Source: Camelus ferus (lineage: Eukaryota). Taken from it: a DNA stretch of 64,000 bases. Below the pieces are notes generated by a model that saw nothing but the letters and a program-made list of their open reading frames with translations, did not search any database and was not told the origin of the DNA. Made by a program: the position numbers and the translations under genes. Position 1 is the first letter of the stretch. Every line of letters begins with the position of its first letter. Where the stretch lies: positions 101,186,001 through 101,250,000 of the forward strand of contig NC_045697.1 in the NCBI RefSeq assembly GCF_009834535.1, given 5' to 3'. Below, in pieces: positions 24,782 to 37,212 of this stretch.

Positions 24782-25869
24782 CAGGCATCTTCATTTTACT
24801 GCACTTTGTTTTATTACACTTTGCAGATACTGCTTTTTTGAAATTGAAGGCTTGGGCAACCCTGTGTCAAGCAAGTCTATCAGCACCATTTTTACAACGG
24901 CATTTGCTCCCTTCGTGTGTCTGTGTCACATTTTGGGAATTCTCATAATATTTCAAAATTTTTCTATTATTATTATAATTCTTAGGCTGATCTGTGATCA
25001 GTGATCTTTGATGTTACTATTGTAGTTATCTGGGGGCACCACCAACCATACCCAATAAGACAGTGAATTTAATTGGTAAATGTCGTGTGTGTCCTGACTG
25101 CTCCACCAACTGGTCACTCCCCCATCTCTTTCTCTCTCCCCGGGACCCCCTTTCCTTGAGACACAACAATATTGAAATTAGACCAATTAACAATCCTACA
25201 ATAGTCTCTATCTGTTCATGTGAAGGGAAGAGTCATACACCTTTCACTTTTAAGTCAAAAGCTAAAAATGATTAACCTTTGTGAGGAAGGCATGTTGAAA
25301 GTAAAGATAGGCTGAAAGGTAAGCCTCTTGCACCAAACATTTATCCAAGCTGTGAATGCAAAGAGAAAGTTCTCAAAGGAAATTAAAAGTGCTCCTCCAG
25401 TGAACACACAAGTGACAAAAAGGGGAAACAGCCTTATTGCTGACCTGAAGGGAGTTTTAGTGGTCTGGATAGAAAATTAAACCAGCCACCACATTCCCTT
25501 GAGCCAAAGTGTGATGCACAGCTAGGTCCTAACTCTTCAATTCTACGAAGCCTGAGAGAGGTGACGGAACTGCAGAAGAAGGTCTGAAGCTAGCTTAGGT
25601 TGGTTCATGAGGTGTAAGAAATGAAGCCGTCTCCATAACATAAAAGTGCAAGGCAAAGCAGCAAGGGCTGCGGTGGAAGCTGCAGCAGCTTATCCAGAAG
25701 ATTAAGCTAAAATAATTAACGAAGGTGGCTCCGTGAAACAACAGATTTACAGTGTACGCAAACAGCCTTCTTTTGGAAGAAGATGCCATCTAGTACTTTC
25801 ATAGCCAGAGAGAAGTCAATGCCTGGCTTCAAAGCTTCAAAGAACAGTGACTCTTCCTTTAGAGGCTAA
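24782..25869 (+). mobile_element. Tigger1 5' portion (TIR plus degenerate N-terminal transposase)
   Basis: TA|caggcatcttcattttactgcactttg start; transposase start atgattaacctttgtgaggaaggcatgttgaaag near 25268; gaaattaaaagtgctcctccagtgaacac; ttggaagaagatgccatctag; multiple stops. Confidence 0.93.
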
Positions 25870-26550
25870 AGTATTAGTTGACAAAATTTTGCTTAATCAA
25901 TTTTATTTATTATTGCATCAAAATTATACCCTTGTAAACCAAGTAATTTAAGACATACCTAGCATTTACAAATTGTCAAATGATTTAATTACTTAATAAA
26001 ATTGTGAATGGACTTATGCTTAATATGAATTCAAAGGGCTGGGTCATTTTGCCCTGAGAGATCACTGATGATTTAATTCTTAAAAATCTTATGCACTGGA
26101 TTGTATCTACTTTTTATATACTAAGCTATCATTTCTCTTCAGATAATTTTAAAATATCTGTTGACTGAGATAAATGAATACACGAAGAATTTTCAGCAAT
26201 TAGTTCTGGCAATGTTTTGGTATCAATACACTCCATTTGTTTGAAAAATACTGCTATCTTTATGTGGATCTTGTGTTCTTAAGTTTTGCTTTTTCTTCCC
26301 ATATAAAATTGTGTGCAAGGGCCACTTTTACTATTTCTCCCTGCCAAAACCTACACTGAGTATAATGATCTAAATAATAATTTCTCAGAAAAATCAAACA
26401 AGTCATCAAAGTACTACTTGTATGTCCATCTCATGCCTAGCTAAAAGGCCTAAGACTTAGGTTATGACATCAAGGAGATGAAAACGTAACCAGAGAAATC
26501 AAGTTAAATATATGAAACAGTTAGGAAAAATTAAGTGCTGTGATGTATAA

Positions 26551-26762
26551 CAGCATTTCCCAAAAGATCCATGAGATGTTAATAGGTTTTTTTTTAAAGG
26601 CATCCATGGTCAAATAATTTGAGGAATATTTCATTATTACCCTGTTGGTAATTCACAGTGTTTATTAGCATATTAATGCCTGAAAAGCTTTGCAGAAAAT
26701 AAAATGGTTGTACTTTAATTAACCCAGAATATTCAAAATTCTTTTAACCATAGAAGCCTTTG
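26551..26762. mobile_element. hAT-Charlie MITE fragment (Charlie4-like; subfamily uncertain)
   Basis: cagcatttcccaaa...gagatgttaatagg...ccatggtcaaataatttg...attagcatattaa. Confidence 0.6.
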
Positions 26763-26779
26763 TTAAAATACTCTCCTTT

Positions 26780-27995
26780 TGATTACAAAAATTTCATAAA
26801 GAGAAAAAAAATAGCACACGTATTTGCCATATTAATTTAATAAGCATTAGCATATTGTTATATCTGGTTCAGATTTTTATATCTAAATAATAATAAAAGA
26901 TTATTCATGCAATTAAGATTACCTTCATCCCTTTTTCCTCCCTCCTTCCCTGGAGGTTACCATCATGCTGAAATTGGTGTATATTCTTCTTGTCCATATA
27001 TTTACTTGGATTCAGATGTTTGTATACAGAAGTAATACATAGGATTTCTGTGTGTTCAGTTTACACAAATACCATTTTTGTACATACTGTGATTTACTAA
27101 TTTTATTCAACATTATGTTTATGGGACAGATTCGTGATAATGCATATAGGTTGACTTGTCTGTTTTAACTGTGTTAAAACAGATGGAATTGTGTTCTTTG
27201 TACAAACCACAAAAATTAATTATCCAAAAACCTATTAAGGACGTGGTTTGTTTCTAATGTTTTCCTATTGTAACCAATGTTGTGGTGGACATTCTTGTAC
27301 ATATAACCTTGTGTGTCTGTGGGAGAGATGTCCTAGAGTATATAACTAGAAGTGGAATTAGTAAGTCATAGGTACCTACATTACTAACTTTTGTAGGTAC
27401 TTCAAACTTCTCTCCAAAGTAATTGAACTAAGTAACGCACCAATCAACGCACTGCAGGAATTCCCAGGGACTCACATCTGCAGACACGCAGACATTATAT
27501 TAACCTGATGTGTATGAACTTATAATGTGCTGATATACAATGCTAATTTCCCTTATTTTTGAAATCTGTTTTTGAACATAGTTTCATAATTATATTGGCC
27601 ATCTGGCTCTCCTCTTTTGTGAATTGGGAAGATCTGACAGAGTCAATTATATACTCCTAAACTAATTCTTCACTGTTCAAATTCACCACGAATCGTTTCC
27701 CTGGTTTATGGTTTAACTTTCATTTTGTTTGTTATTTCTTTTGTTGCATTTTGACAAGTCTAAATTATGCTTATCAATTTTATAAAGTTTGTACTTTGAT
27801 CTCTTATGTTTCCTTCAAACTTTTTCAAAGTTGTATTTTTCTCATTGAGGACTATATTCCATCTGCTATTTATTTGTGCATGGTGTCATACAGATATTTA
27901 ATTGTTCCAGTGACATTTTTTGAAATCAATCTATCCCTTCCATACTGATCTCCAAAGCTACTTCATCATATACTAAGTCTCTGTAATATAGAGGA
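26780..27995 (-). mobile_element. Old L1ME-like 3' end, antisense
   Basis: ccctggaggttaccatcatgctgaaattggtgtatatt; ttttattcaacattatgttt; gacattcttgtacatat; ctagaagtggaatt; tattggccatctgg. Confidence 0.8.
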
Positions 27996-28104
27996 GATGC
28001 TTATTAGTTGAGAGAGGGGAGAGGATTCACTGTGGCCCTGACAATATACATGAGGGGCTGCACGAAGGAAGCGGCCTTCAGGTAGGAGCTAAATACTGGT
28101 TGGA

Positions 28105-28315
28105 CATAAAGACATAGGTTTTGGTGTCAGACGGACCTTCATTTTTATCTCTTTCTGTATGCTGTACGTCAACCTTGCTGCAAATGAATTTCTTCACTTG
28201 TGAATGGAAATAACACAGATTATCTAATTGTATTATTTGATGAGATAATATATATAAAAGTAGTTAACACAGTGTCTTGAATATAGCAGGTATTCAAAGA
28301 AGTTACTAGTAGTAA
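28105..28315 (+). mobile_element. MIR SINE
   Basis: ggttttggtgtcagacggacct...tttcttcacttgtgaatggaaataac...atgagataatatatataaaag...acacagtgtcttgaatatagcaggtattcaa. Confidence 0.8.
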
Positions 28316-28536
28316 CTGTAGTTCTCTTGTTGCTTGTAATAGTAGGAGGAGGAGTAGCTGTATCTGGTAGGTTAGTAGCTATAAGTTTGAAAAGATAAAC
28401 AAACTTGAAAGAAATTTCTAGGAAAGGAAAGACAGAACTAGGGTATTGTCAGACTATGAAGGTGAGAATTGGAGGTGACTCTAAGCTGAAGTTTGGAGGA
28501 AAAGACCTAAGAGGAACTGAAGATACCAGTTTAAGA

Positions 28537-28730
28537 CAGAGGTTCTCAAAGTTTGGTTCCAGCAGCAGCAATTTTTGAGAATTTGTTAGAAATGCAAATT
28601 CAAGACCGCAGACGTACTGATTCAGACAATCTGACTGACATGTGGCCCGGTAATCCGTATTTCAACACCTTCCCACCCGACCCTACCCCACCGAGTGATG
28701 CTGATACTCGCGCAAGTCTGAGACCCATTG
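28537..28730. mobile_element. MER5A hAT MITE
   Basis: cagaggttctcaaagtttggttcc...ttgttagaaatgcaaattc...gtgatgctgat...agtctgagacccattg; near-TSD gtttaaga/gtttcaga. Confidence 0.88.
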
Positions 28731-30761
28731 TTTCAGAGCATGATGAGTAAGAGGTGATGCAGAGAAACCAGGTGAACATGGTGTACAGGGAAATGCCAGA
28801 GCTGACGATCTAGATTCTCACTTCAAGGGCTGAAATTCTCCTTTTTCTGCTGCCTTTGCTGGCTTCCAGCTATTGGTTTGATTTTACTGCATGGCTTCCC
28901 AATCTCAGAATCATTTCTCAGCTTTCAAGTTCTCCTTGCAGTCCGCCTACTCGGCAAAGCAGTGCCAAGTCTGCAACCTTAATTACTCCCCATCCTTCCC
29001 ACAACCTCCCTCCTGCACTGTTCTTCTCCAGCTTTCAGTCTGGAGGCCCCTCGGGAAAAGCAATTTGTCTGGCACAATTTCATCTAACATTAAACACCAT
29101 GTACATTTACAGGGCTTATATATAATAAATGAGGGTAGTAATAGCCTAGAACCCCTGCTTTTCATAGTAGGAATCCCTGGCCATTAAATATAAAACAGTT
29201 ATCAATAGATGTATATCCAGTGACCCTTCTCTTCCCCCCAAAAAACAGACGTCTGCAAAGAACATGCTGTATGAGTACTATTTAAGAGTACTTTTATTTT
29301 AAAAACTAATTTCATCTTGAATCTAATAGGTGTAAGTATGAAAAAAGAGGTGAGCAGTAGCTAGCCACAGGAAACATCGACTAATTTTCAAATTTCTCCA
29401 TTATGTTTTTTTTAGGGAGTTTTATTGATTCTTTGGTAGATATAAAGGTAATAAATAAGGAGAAATCTCATTACAATAGCCTATTAGAGACCTGACCAGT
29501 GTATTAATTTTGGCCATAATGTGTCACTTCCAGCAGCAAAGCATCAGCTCAGTCCCGGAGACGAGGATCGATTGTGTAGATGTCTGTGGTAAGTAAATCT
29601 ACTGTGGCATTCTCTGGAGCAGAATGTGTATGGGAATATCACCTGCATTTTAAACCAGTGCTGACTGCCTTGTAACTTCAGGAAACCCATGTGTGGTAAA
29701 ATGAAATCAATCTTCAGGGACTTGAAACATGTCGCTCCTATTACTTATACAAACAAGAAAATGTCTGTGTGTTTCTTCATGTGTTTTTCCTTTTGCTTTA
29801 TAATTTATAGATTGCATGCACACATACATGTGAAATTAAAACATATAGGATAGTGTGTAAAAGCAGACCAATAAAATATATCTTTTATTATCATTCTATA
29901 TAACATATTTGACAATAGAAACAAAATTAACTTACGCTGAAAAGCTTTTTCTTTTTTTCAGTATTTTGGACAGTTGAATACTGCTGCCTTTGTCTTGTGC
30001 CTTTCTTCATAATAAAATCAATTACTTGGGTGCTTAATTTATCTACAACCACAACTAGAATTTTGAAAGTAAGTTATAGGATTAAAATTGCCCATTAATA
30101 TTGTTAAGGAAAATTTCAAATATTATCCATACTAATTTCAAGTGCATGAAAAGAAAGAAAACACAGAAAACTGCTAGCAATGATTTTATCTTGTTGGAAA
30201 GATTATATGTAATCTTCTCATTTATACATATATGTTTCCTAGATTCCCTATCATAAGGAAGTATTATTATTCATTACAGCACCGATGTTAGTAATAATAG
30301 GACACTATTGAAATATGTACTTGGAAATACTTGGAAATCTCCTCAAACTTGTATTCATACAAAAGCAAAAACAAAGACATACACATACACACCCACAAAT
30401 GCACACATAAAATCATATGAACAAAGCCTTTCTCGATAGCTAAGAAATAAGACACCAATCTCAGCAACAGCAAGTAACAGTGAGAGTCAAAACTGTTTTC
30501 TTGTCACGTATAATCTAGGACTAGGAGAGCAGACGTGGAAGTGTGGAGATCTGTCAGCAGTTCTGAATTGATGGGCAGAGACAAGCATCTGCACAGACTC
30601 CATAGAAAGGGTTTCAAAACTTTACAAAAATCACTTCTCCTATTTAAATAAAGAGAAGTGTGCACTGCCTTCCTTTCAGGTTATTTTACTATGCTGCAAC
30701 ATAAGGACTAAGGATAGCAAAGTAACAACTCATCTGATGTAATAATTGGGATAGTCTATAT

Positions 30762-32740
30762 CAGTAGTTCTGAAAGTGTAATCTTCAGATCCTTAGAAGT
30801 CCCAGGGAGGCTTCAGGGAGATTTGTGGCATCCAAGCAATTCTCACTGGATTATTTATCTTTTTCATTATTTGCCTTTTTCATTGTTTTGGCATTTGCAC
30901 TGATGGTAGAAATACAACAGTGAGTAAAATTACTGGTGCTTGGAACAATCAAGGCAGTAGAAACATGCTGTACTAGTAGATTTTGTATATTTCATCCACC
31001 ACTGTGCACTCAAATGCCAGTTTTACTTAAGAATATCATTGATGAAGCAGTAAACAAACTGTAATTTTAGTACACATCTTAATATTCTGTGTAATGAAAA
31101 TTCAAGATATATATAAAGCACTTCTCCTACATAATGAAATAGATAGTTGTATTAGTTATATACTGCTGTGTAACAAATGACCCCAAGATTTAGCAACGTA
31201 AAATGACATACACTTGTTATCTCAGTTTCTGGGTCAGGAACTCAAGCACTGCTTCCCTGGGTCCTCTGGCTCAGGTTTCTTATAAGGCTGCAGTAAAAAT
31301 ACCAACTTGGGCCACAGGCACCTCAAGGTCTTACTGGGGAGGGATCTACTTCAAACCTCACTTGTGGTTGTTGGCAGGATTTAGTTGCTTGAGGGATTTT
31401 GGACTGAGGACTTCAGCTCTTTCCTGGTTATTGGCTAGAGGCCACAGTCCCTTCCTTGCCAGGTCGCCCTCTCCATCAGGGCAAGCATTCGAGAAGAGCT
31501 ATGGAGAGAAGTCCAGCAAGATGGAAATCAGTCTTTTATGGCCCAATCTCAGAAGTGACACCTTTTAACTTTTGCCATATTCTACTTGTTATAAGCAAGT
31601 CACTAAGCCCATACCACACTGAGGGAAGGGAATTACATGAGATCATGAGTCTCAAGGGGCTGAGACCATCAAGAGCCAAGTCAGAAGCTGCCGTCCACAA
31701 TGGCCGTCCCTGGGAAAAAGCACTTGTGTGACTCTGTGTTGCAAGGTGAACTAGCTGCTGTTTTTCATTACAAACCATTTTTACTTGGAAGAAAAATTAA
31801 CAAACGAACTTTAGTTATTCAGGCTTGGGTACTTTTCAGATATTTGCTGAATTGTGTATTTCTTGATAATGAACAATATCAGTTTTGTCACTTCAAGGAA
31901 AACAATGTTGATTGTCAGCACTCCATAGAACTTGAATATTTAAGTGAATGCTAGAATTTTGGAAAACTTGTATCTGGCAAAATGTCTTACCAGTTCCTCA
32001 ATATATAAAAACTTTTCTAAAGATTTTGGCAGCAATATTAAAGAATGTTTCAGATGTATAACGAAATGTGCTAACATCTGAAAGAGCTGTGAAACTCAGT
32101 GAGCCAATGTTTTTCAAATGACCAATGGGTGCTTTTACAGAATCATGGGTGTATCCATTTAAAGCACAAGGAAGACCAACCAATTGCATGCAACAGTATG
32201 AAAAGTTCATTAATATGATTTCACTTACATTTTGCAATTAAACTTTAGGAAACCTTTAAGATTACTTAGAGAGTTCCAGTGTGGTGTCAAAAAAAAAAAT
32301 CCACAATTAGCTGGAAAGGGTATTAAACTACTTCTTCATTTTCAAATATGCAACTCTGAAGCTGGATCTTTTCCATATACTTCAACCACAACAAGAAATG
32401 GCAACGGTCCGAGTGCTGTGGAAGTAGATACTAGAATCTAGCCAACTTGTATTAAGCTAGACACTGAAAATATTTACAAATATGTATAAAAGCATATCTC
32501 TTCTCATGAAACTATTTTTATTTGGAATACATCATTTTTTCATTAAAATATTTTCATGTGGATATGAAATTGGTTTATTACTGTTACTTTTTAATGAATT
32601 ATTTAAGAATACCTCTTTTAATTCTGAGTGTGATAAATATTGGTAGATATATAATCCACGTAAACAGAAGTTCTTTGAGTTCCTCAATACTTTTTAAGAG
32701 TGCTAAAGGATCCTAAGATCTAAACGTTTGGGAACCACTG
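30762..32740. mobile_element. Charlie1a-like hAT element, end to end, interrupted by an MLT1 LTR
   Basis: TIRs cagtagttctgaaa / tttgggaaccactg. 8-bp TSD gtctatat/ggctagat, fitting the Charlie target NTCTAGAN. Internal motifs catttgcactgatggt and atgccagttttacttaagaat. Confidence 0.9.
31148..31699 (-). mobile_element. Complete MaLR LTR (MLT1F-like)
   Basis: tgtattagttatatactgctgtgtaacaaatgacccc...aatctcagaagtgacacc...tttgccatattcta...tcagaagctgccgtccaca; 5-bp TSD atagt/atggc. Confidence 0.92.
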
Positions 32741-33439
32741 GGCTAGATTTTGCTGTTTTCACAATAACGCCAGGATCTCAGCAGCCTGAACAAAATGATA
32801 TATTTCTTATTCACACTACAAGTCCATTGGTGTTGGTTGAGAGACTGCTCATGCACATTTGTGTGGTCTGTGAGAAGGAATTTCTCTTTTATGAGTCCAA
32901 ATGGATGATGTAGCTTCCAACACTGTTACAACTTGATTTACGATTATCTAATCCACGTTTCAGTAAAATGGCCCTGTCCTTCTCTAAATAAAACTCCTTC
33001 AGAGCAGATTTTTTTTAACAAGCTTGTGTGAAGGTCACATTTGCTGTCAATTTCACAGACACAGGCAAAGGGTAAAGACTCTACCAAATAAACCAAGACA
33101 CTAGTCACAGGTGGTCTGTTTCTCCACAGAGGAGCCAGAATTTGCTACTGCCATCCACCAAGCCCAGTTCTTCAATTTCTCTTCAAACTACTGATAATAA
33201 AGCATCGATTAAGCTGAACAGAATCCCTAAGCATATACACTATTCATCTATTTTTAGTGTATGAGAACATTTTTAAATGAGTAATATTTTTGTTTTAATT
33301 TACTTTTGTTTCAACAGTCAGACATGAAATCCTGAACCAAGTGGCACTGAGAACAGACATCAGAAAATTGTGTTAGACTTATCCAATTTCCCTTTTCAGT
33401 TGATCACCATGTTAATTTTATGTTCTGATTATTCTTAGA

Positions 33440-34245
33440 CATACCCACTGTCCCTATTGCCACCATCAGCATCCTGGTCCCAACTACAGTCATCTGTAGT
33501 TTGGGAGTAACAATCTCCTCCCACCTGGTCTCTGCATCAGTCCTGTGCAGCTCTGATCCTTCTCTGCAGAGCCATCAGAATGATCCTCTCCAAAACTCAC
33601 ATCACATATTACATTCCCTCAGCCTAAAAACTTTTAAAGGTGGGTGGGTATAGCGCAGTGATAGAGCACATGCTTAGCATGAGGGAGGTCCTGGGCTCAA
33701 TCCCCAGTACCTCCATTAAAAAAAAAAAAAAACTTTCAAAGACTTCCAAATGTTCATAAGATAATGAAAAACCACTGAGGACCTGCAGATGCCTGCAACT
33801 GGCCTCTCCATCTCTTCAGCTGAAGGACCCCCTCACTCTCACTGCTCTTGGCTCTGCTCTTTCCATCCCAGTCATTCCAAGGTCTTTGCACAGCCTGCCC
33901 CACCCCACCCCCAGGACAATCTTTACCCTCGTCCTCTCCTGGTTCATGTTTATCTTTTAGGCCTCTAGCCATCCTGCTTTACTTTTCAGGGAATGTTTCC
34001 CTGATCACCCTTCTCCACCCCATCGAGGTCAAATCTCCCTGTTTTATGCTCTATTCATCCCATGTTCTTTGAGCTCATAGCACTTATGATGGTAGTGACT
34101 TAAAACTAATCTGTATGATTATTTCATTAATGGCCATCTCCTTTACCAGATGGTGAGCTTCAACAGGGAGGGACCAAAATCACTTAAAGCTCACCAGATG
34201 GCTATAGAGTAAGATAGGCACTCAGTCACTATTTGGTGAGTAACT
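33440..34245 (+). mobile_element. L2 3' region, interrupted by a SINE
   Basis: caatctcctcccacctggtctctgc...catcagaatgatcctct...catagcacttat...accagatggtgagcttcaacagggagggacc...gataggcactcagt. Confidence 0.85.
33640..33727 (+). mobile_element. tRNA-derived camelid-type SINE (short form)
   Basis: gggtatagcgcagtgatagagcacatgcttagcatgagggaggtcctgggctcaatccccagtacctccatt plus A-tail. TSD aaaaacttt(t/c)aaag at 33626-39 and 33728-41. Confidence 0.93.
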
Positions 34246-35437
34246 ACTGTATATATAAATTATTCACAAAACAAAAGAAACATTTGATAAAAGTTAGAAG
34301 ACAGAGAGTAAAAATGGAACATATCAAAATACTTGAGGGAAAGTGAAAGATATATTTAGACATCTAAAAATTTAAATAATCAGCTGTGACTATGAAATGG
34401 ATATTTGGAAGAAAAGAGGCTTGGGAAATTCAGATCTTTCAGTTTGACTCAAAGGCCATTCATCAGTTGACCTGCTGCCTCATGGGCTTTCCGAATACCT
34501 TACGATTTTCTTTTGCTGCACATTAGCAGCTGTAAACTCTACTGGTAATGTTAGGGGTTATTTTAATAGCAGTGCTAAGAAAGAGATTCATTAATGGGCT
34601 TAGAAAGCAAGTGAAACACATGTCAAAAACACAGCCTCAAGAAGGAAGTGAATCAGAAAATCGTTTTGGTGCTACAGCGTCCAAAATTACAGGTCTAAAA
34701 AGTGACTTGTGCTGTTCACCCTTTTATCTCTGGAGGTCAATGTTCAACACGTATATTGTAAATATCTCACCAGTCTCATGATTTGAATGAGCTCAATTTC
34801 GACTGGATGATTATACATACAAGACAAATGTTCTCACTGCTCTAGGGCAATCATAAGGTTCTGTTCAAAAGACAGTTTGCTCTCAAATCAGCGTAGGACA
34901 CACTGATGCATCCCTCTAGGAGAATTGTAAAGACGCGTTTGGTCTGATCTCTGCCTGGGTTACAGACTCAAAACAATACGCTTTCAACCATTTGTTTTGA
35001 TTTTTAACAAATAGAAACCAAGGTTGCTTTGGATTCTAAAATGTACCAAAATATTTCTGAAAAAAATCAAATAATAATGTCGAGATTTCTAAGCCAAGTT
35101 GATCCAACAACTCCATATGAACATAATAAGAGTTGTTTCTGACGTTTTTAAGAAGTAAACCCATTCTCAATCACTCACACCAACTCCTATGCTACACTTT
35201 TTAAGATACTAGACTTAGAAGATCAGTTTAGTTTTCAGGAACAAAGCGAGGTGAAACAGGGCTAAAAATGTAATAAAATTTTCACCTTGACCTCATTAGC
35301 ATAATGCTTGAACAGATGAAATCTTGTGTTCTTAAGAAGTGGCAGAAATATGATCCACCTTTAAAAGCTGTGAAGACAACTCATGAATGTCTAAACCCCA
35401 CATCTGCGTCTTTGAACCACAGTTAGAACCAGAGCTA

Positions 35438-35824
35438 GTGATCATCAGTGCCAGTCATCAAATATTTTTATATTTTCCTTTCTGTTTACACAGTGGGATC
35501 GCTTTTATTAGGATGACATGGCCATGAACTCACTTTGGCCAATAAAATGTCAGAAGTTATGGGTGTCACTTTGCGGTGGAAGCTCTAACAGCAAGTGCGC
35601 AATCTGCAATGTTTTTTACCCGCTGCTGCTGCACTGGTTTTGCAGCAGATGGGAAAAACTCCTTCATTCTGGGCCTCTAACTGTAAAGATATGGATTAGA
35701 ACCCCAGCCAACCCACTGTGGACAGGGATCTTGAGTGAGAAGCGTGCCTTTGCTCTTCTAAGCCTTTAAAAGTTGAAGTTGTTCATTTCTCTAGTATAAA
35801 CTAGCCCATTCTGAGTGACAAACA
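35438..35824 (+). mobile_element. MaLR LTR (MLT1J-like)
   Basis: ggccatgaactcactttggccaataaaatgtcagaag...gtgtcacttt...ggaagctctaacagc...tgagtgagaa...actagcccattctgagtgacaaaca. Confidence 0.8.
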
Positions 35825-36721
35825 TTTGTAAACTCAAGTCATCGAAAATAATTTCAAATTTTATACTACAATTATATTTATATTTATATATGGACATCAC
35901 AGAATGCGAGGCCCAAGGATGCAAAGATTGTGGAATGTCATCAGATTTTAATTCATTAAAATTTCTTACTGTAGTTGCTCTCTTAAATTTCTTTTTAAAC
36001 TTTTCAACCTGAGAGAGGAAAACTGTATATATTCCTATAATTATTTAAAAGTAAGTCCAGAATTCTCTGTACTCTTTTTCACAGGTACAGCACAATTTAC
36101 TTGTTACTGAAAACAATACCAGTTGTTCGTTAAATGTATTCCCTGGAGAAGTCAGGGTTCATGCTCTAGTATTTTCTGGTCTTATGTTCATATTAAAATA
36201 CTGAAAGAACATCAATTTTCATGCATTATCAAAAGGAGTACATAGTGTCTTGAGAGGTTGTACAAATGGCTACGTTTATGCACAATTTGTTTAGCAATGC
36301 CAAACACTGGAACGTCATGAGTCAGTTGATGATTGAACAGAGATCCCTGAGCACCTAGAATCACATCTTTTGTCTGCTGTCAGATGTTTTCCCTTGAGTT
36401 AAGTTAACAACTCAGAGACAGAGAAACACTGAGGCAGAGTTTAGTTCATCTGTCTACTCAGAGCGGGGTTAACCTGTTTTTCTTGCTTCCAGATGAATGT
36501 CAAAGACTTTCATGTCATTTAAGCAAAGACAAAATTCTGAGCAGGGACTTCCTGCATATCAGGCAATCCACTACCTACTTCTGTACCCACGCAGATCTCT
36601 AGACTCTTCTTGGGAGAATCTACACATAAATGAGAGTGAACAGGACGGTAGTGCAACAAAAGTGAGCAGTTTGATTTGCTATGCAGCTCCTCCTGATTTA
36701 TTAAGAAGAAATGGCAGAGAG

Positions 36722-36925
36722 AAACTACTATAGATAAAATATATAAACAACAAGGACCTACTGTATAGCACAGGGAACTATATTCAACATCTTGTAATAA
36801 CCTACAATGAAAAAGAATACAAAAAAACACACACATACATATATAGAGATATACGTATAACTGAATAACCATGTTGTACACTAGAAACCAGCACAACATT
36901 GTAAATCAACTATATACTTCAATTT
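36722..36925 (+). mobile_element. 5'-truncated lineage-specific L1 3' UTR
   Basis: aaacaacaaggacctactgtatagcacagggaactatattcaa...acaacattgtaaatcaactatatacttcaatt; homologous to 46010-46195. Confidence 0.93.
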
Positions 36926-36971
36926 AAGAGAAGAAGAAGAAAGAAGAAAGAAGAAAGAAGAAAGAAGAAGA

Positions 36972-37003
<32 letters not shown>

Positions 37004-37042
37004 AGAGGAAGAAAGGAGAAGGAGACGAAGAAGAAGAAGAAA
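36926..37042 (+). repeat. Imperfect (GAA)n/(GAAGAG)n polypurine tract
   Basis: 100 consecutive purines at 36926-37025, one C at 37026, then purines to 37042. Confidence 0.95.
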
Positions 37043-37069
37043 TACAAGAAGATAAATTGAGCTACAACA

Positions 37070-37212
37070 ATTCTCTCACCTGTAACACTAATAACATCAC
37101 TTACCTCAAGGGTTGTGAGGATTAAATGAGCTAATCCACACAAAATGCCTGGCACATGGTAACGGCTCCATAAATTGTAATTGTCATTATGGTAATAATA
37201 ATAATAATAATA
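37070..37212 (+). mobile_element. MIR 3' half with (AAT)n tail
   Basis: cttacctcaagggttgtgaggattaaatgagctaat...tgcctggcacatggtaa. Confidence 0.88.

Noticed and set aside
36919..37155. Hydrophobic, transmembrane-looking ORF (similar cases at 40227-40493, 45423-45791 and 61865-62236)
   Set aside because: These are translations of microsatellites and SINE/L1 tails.
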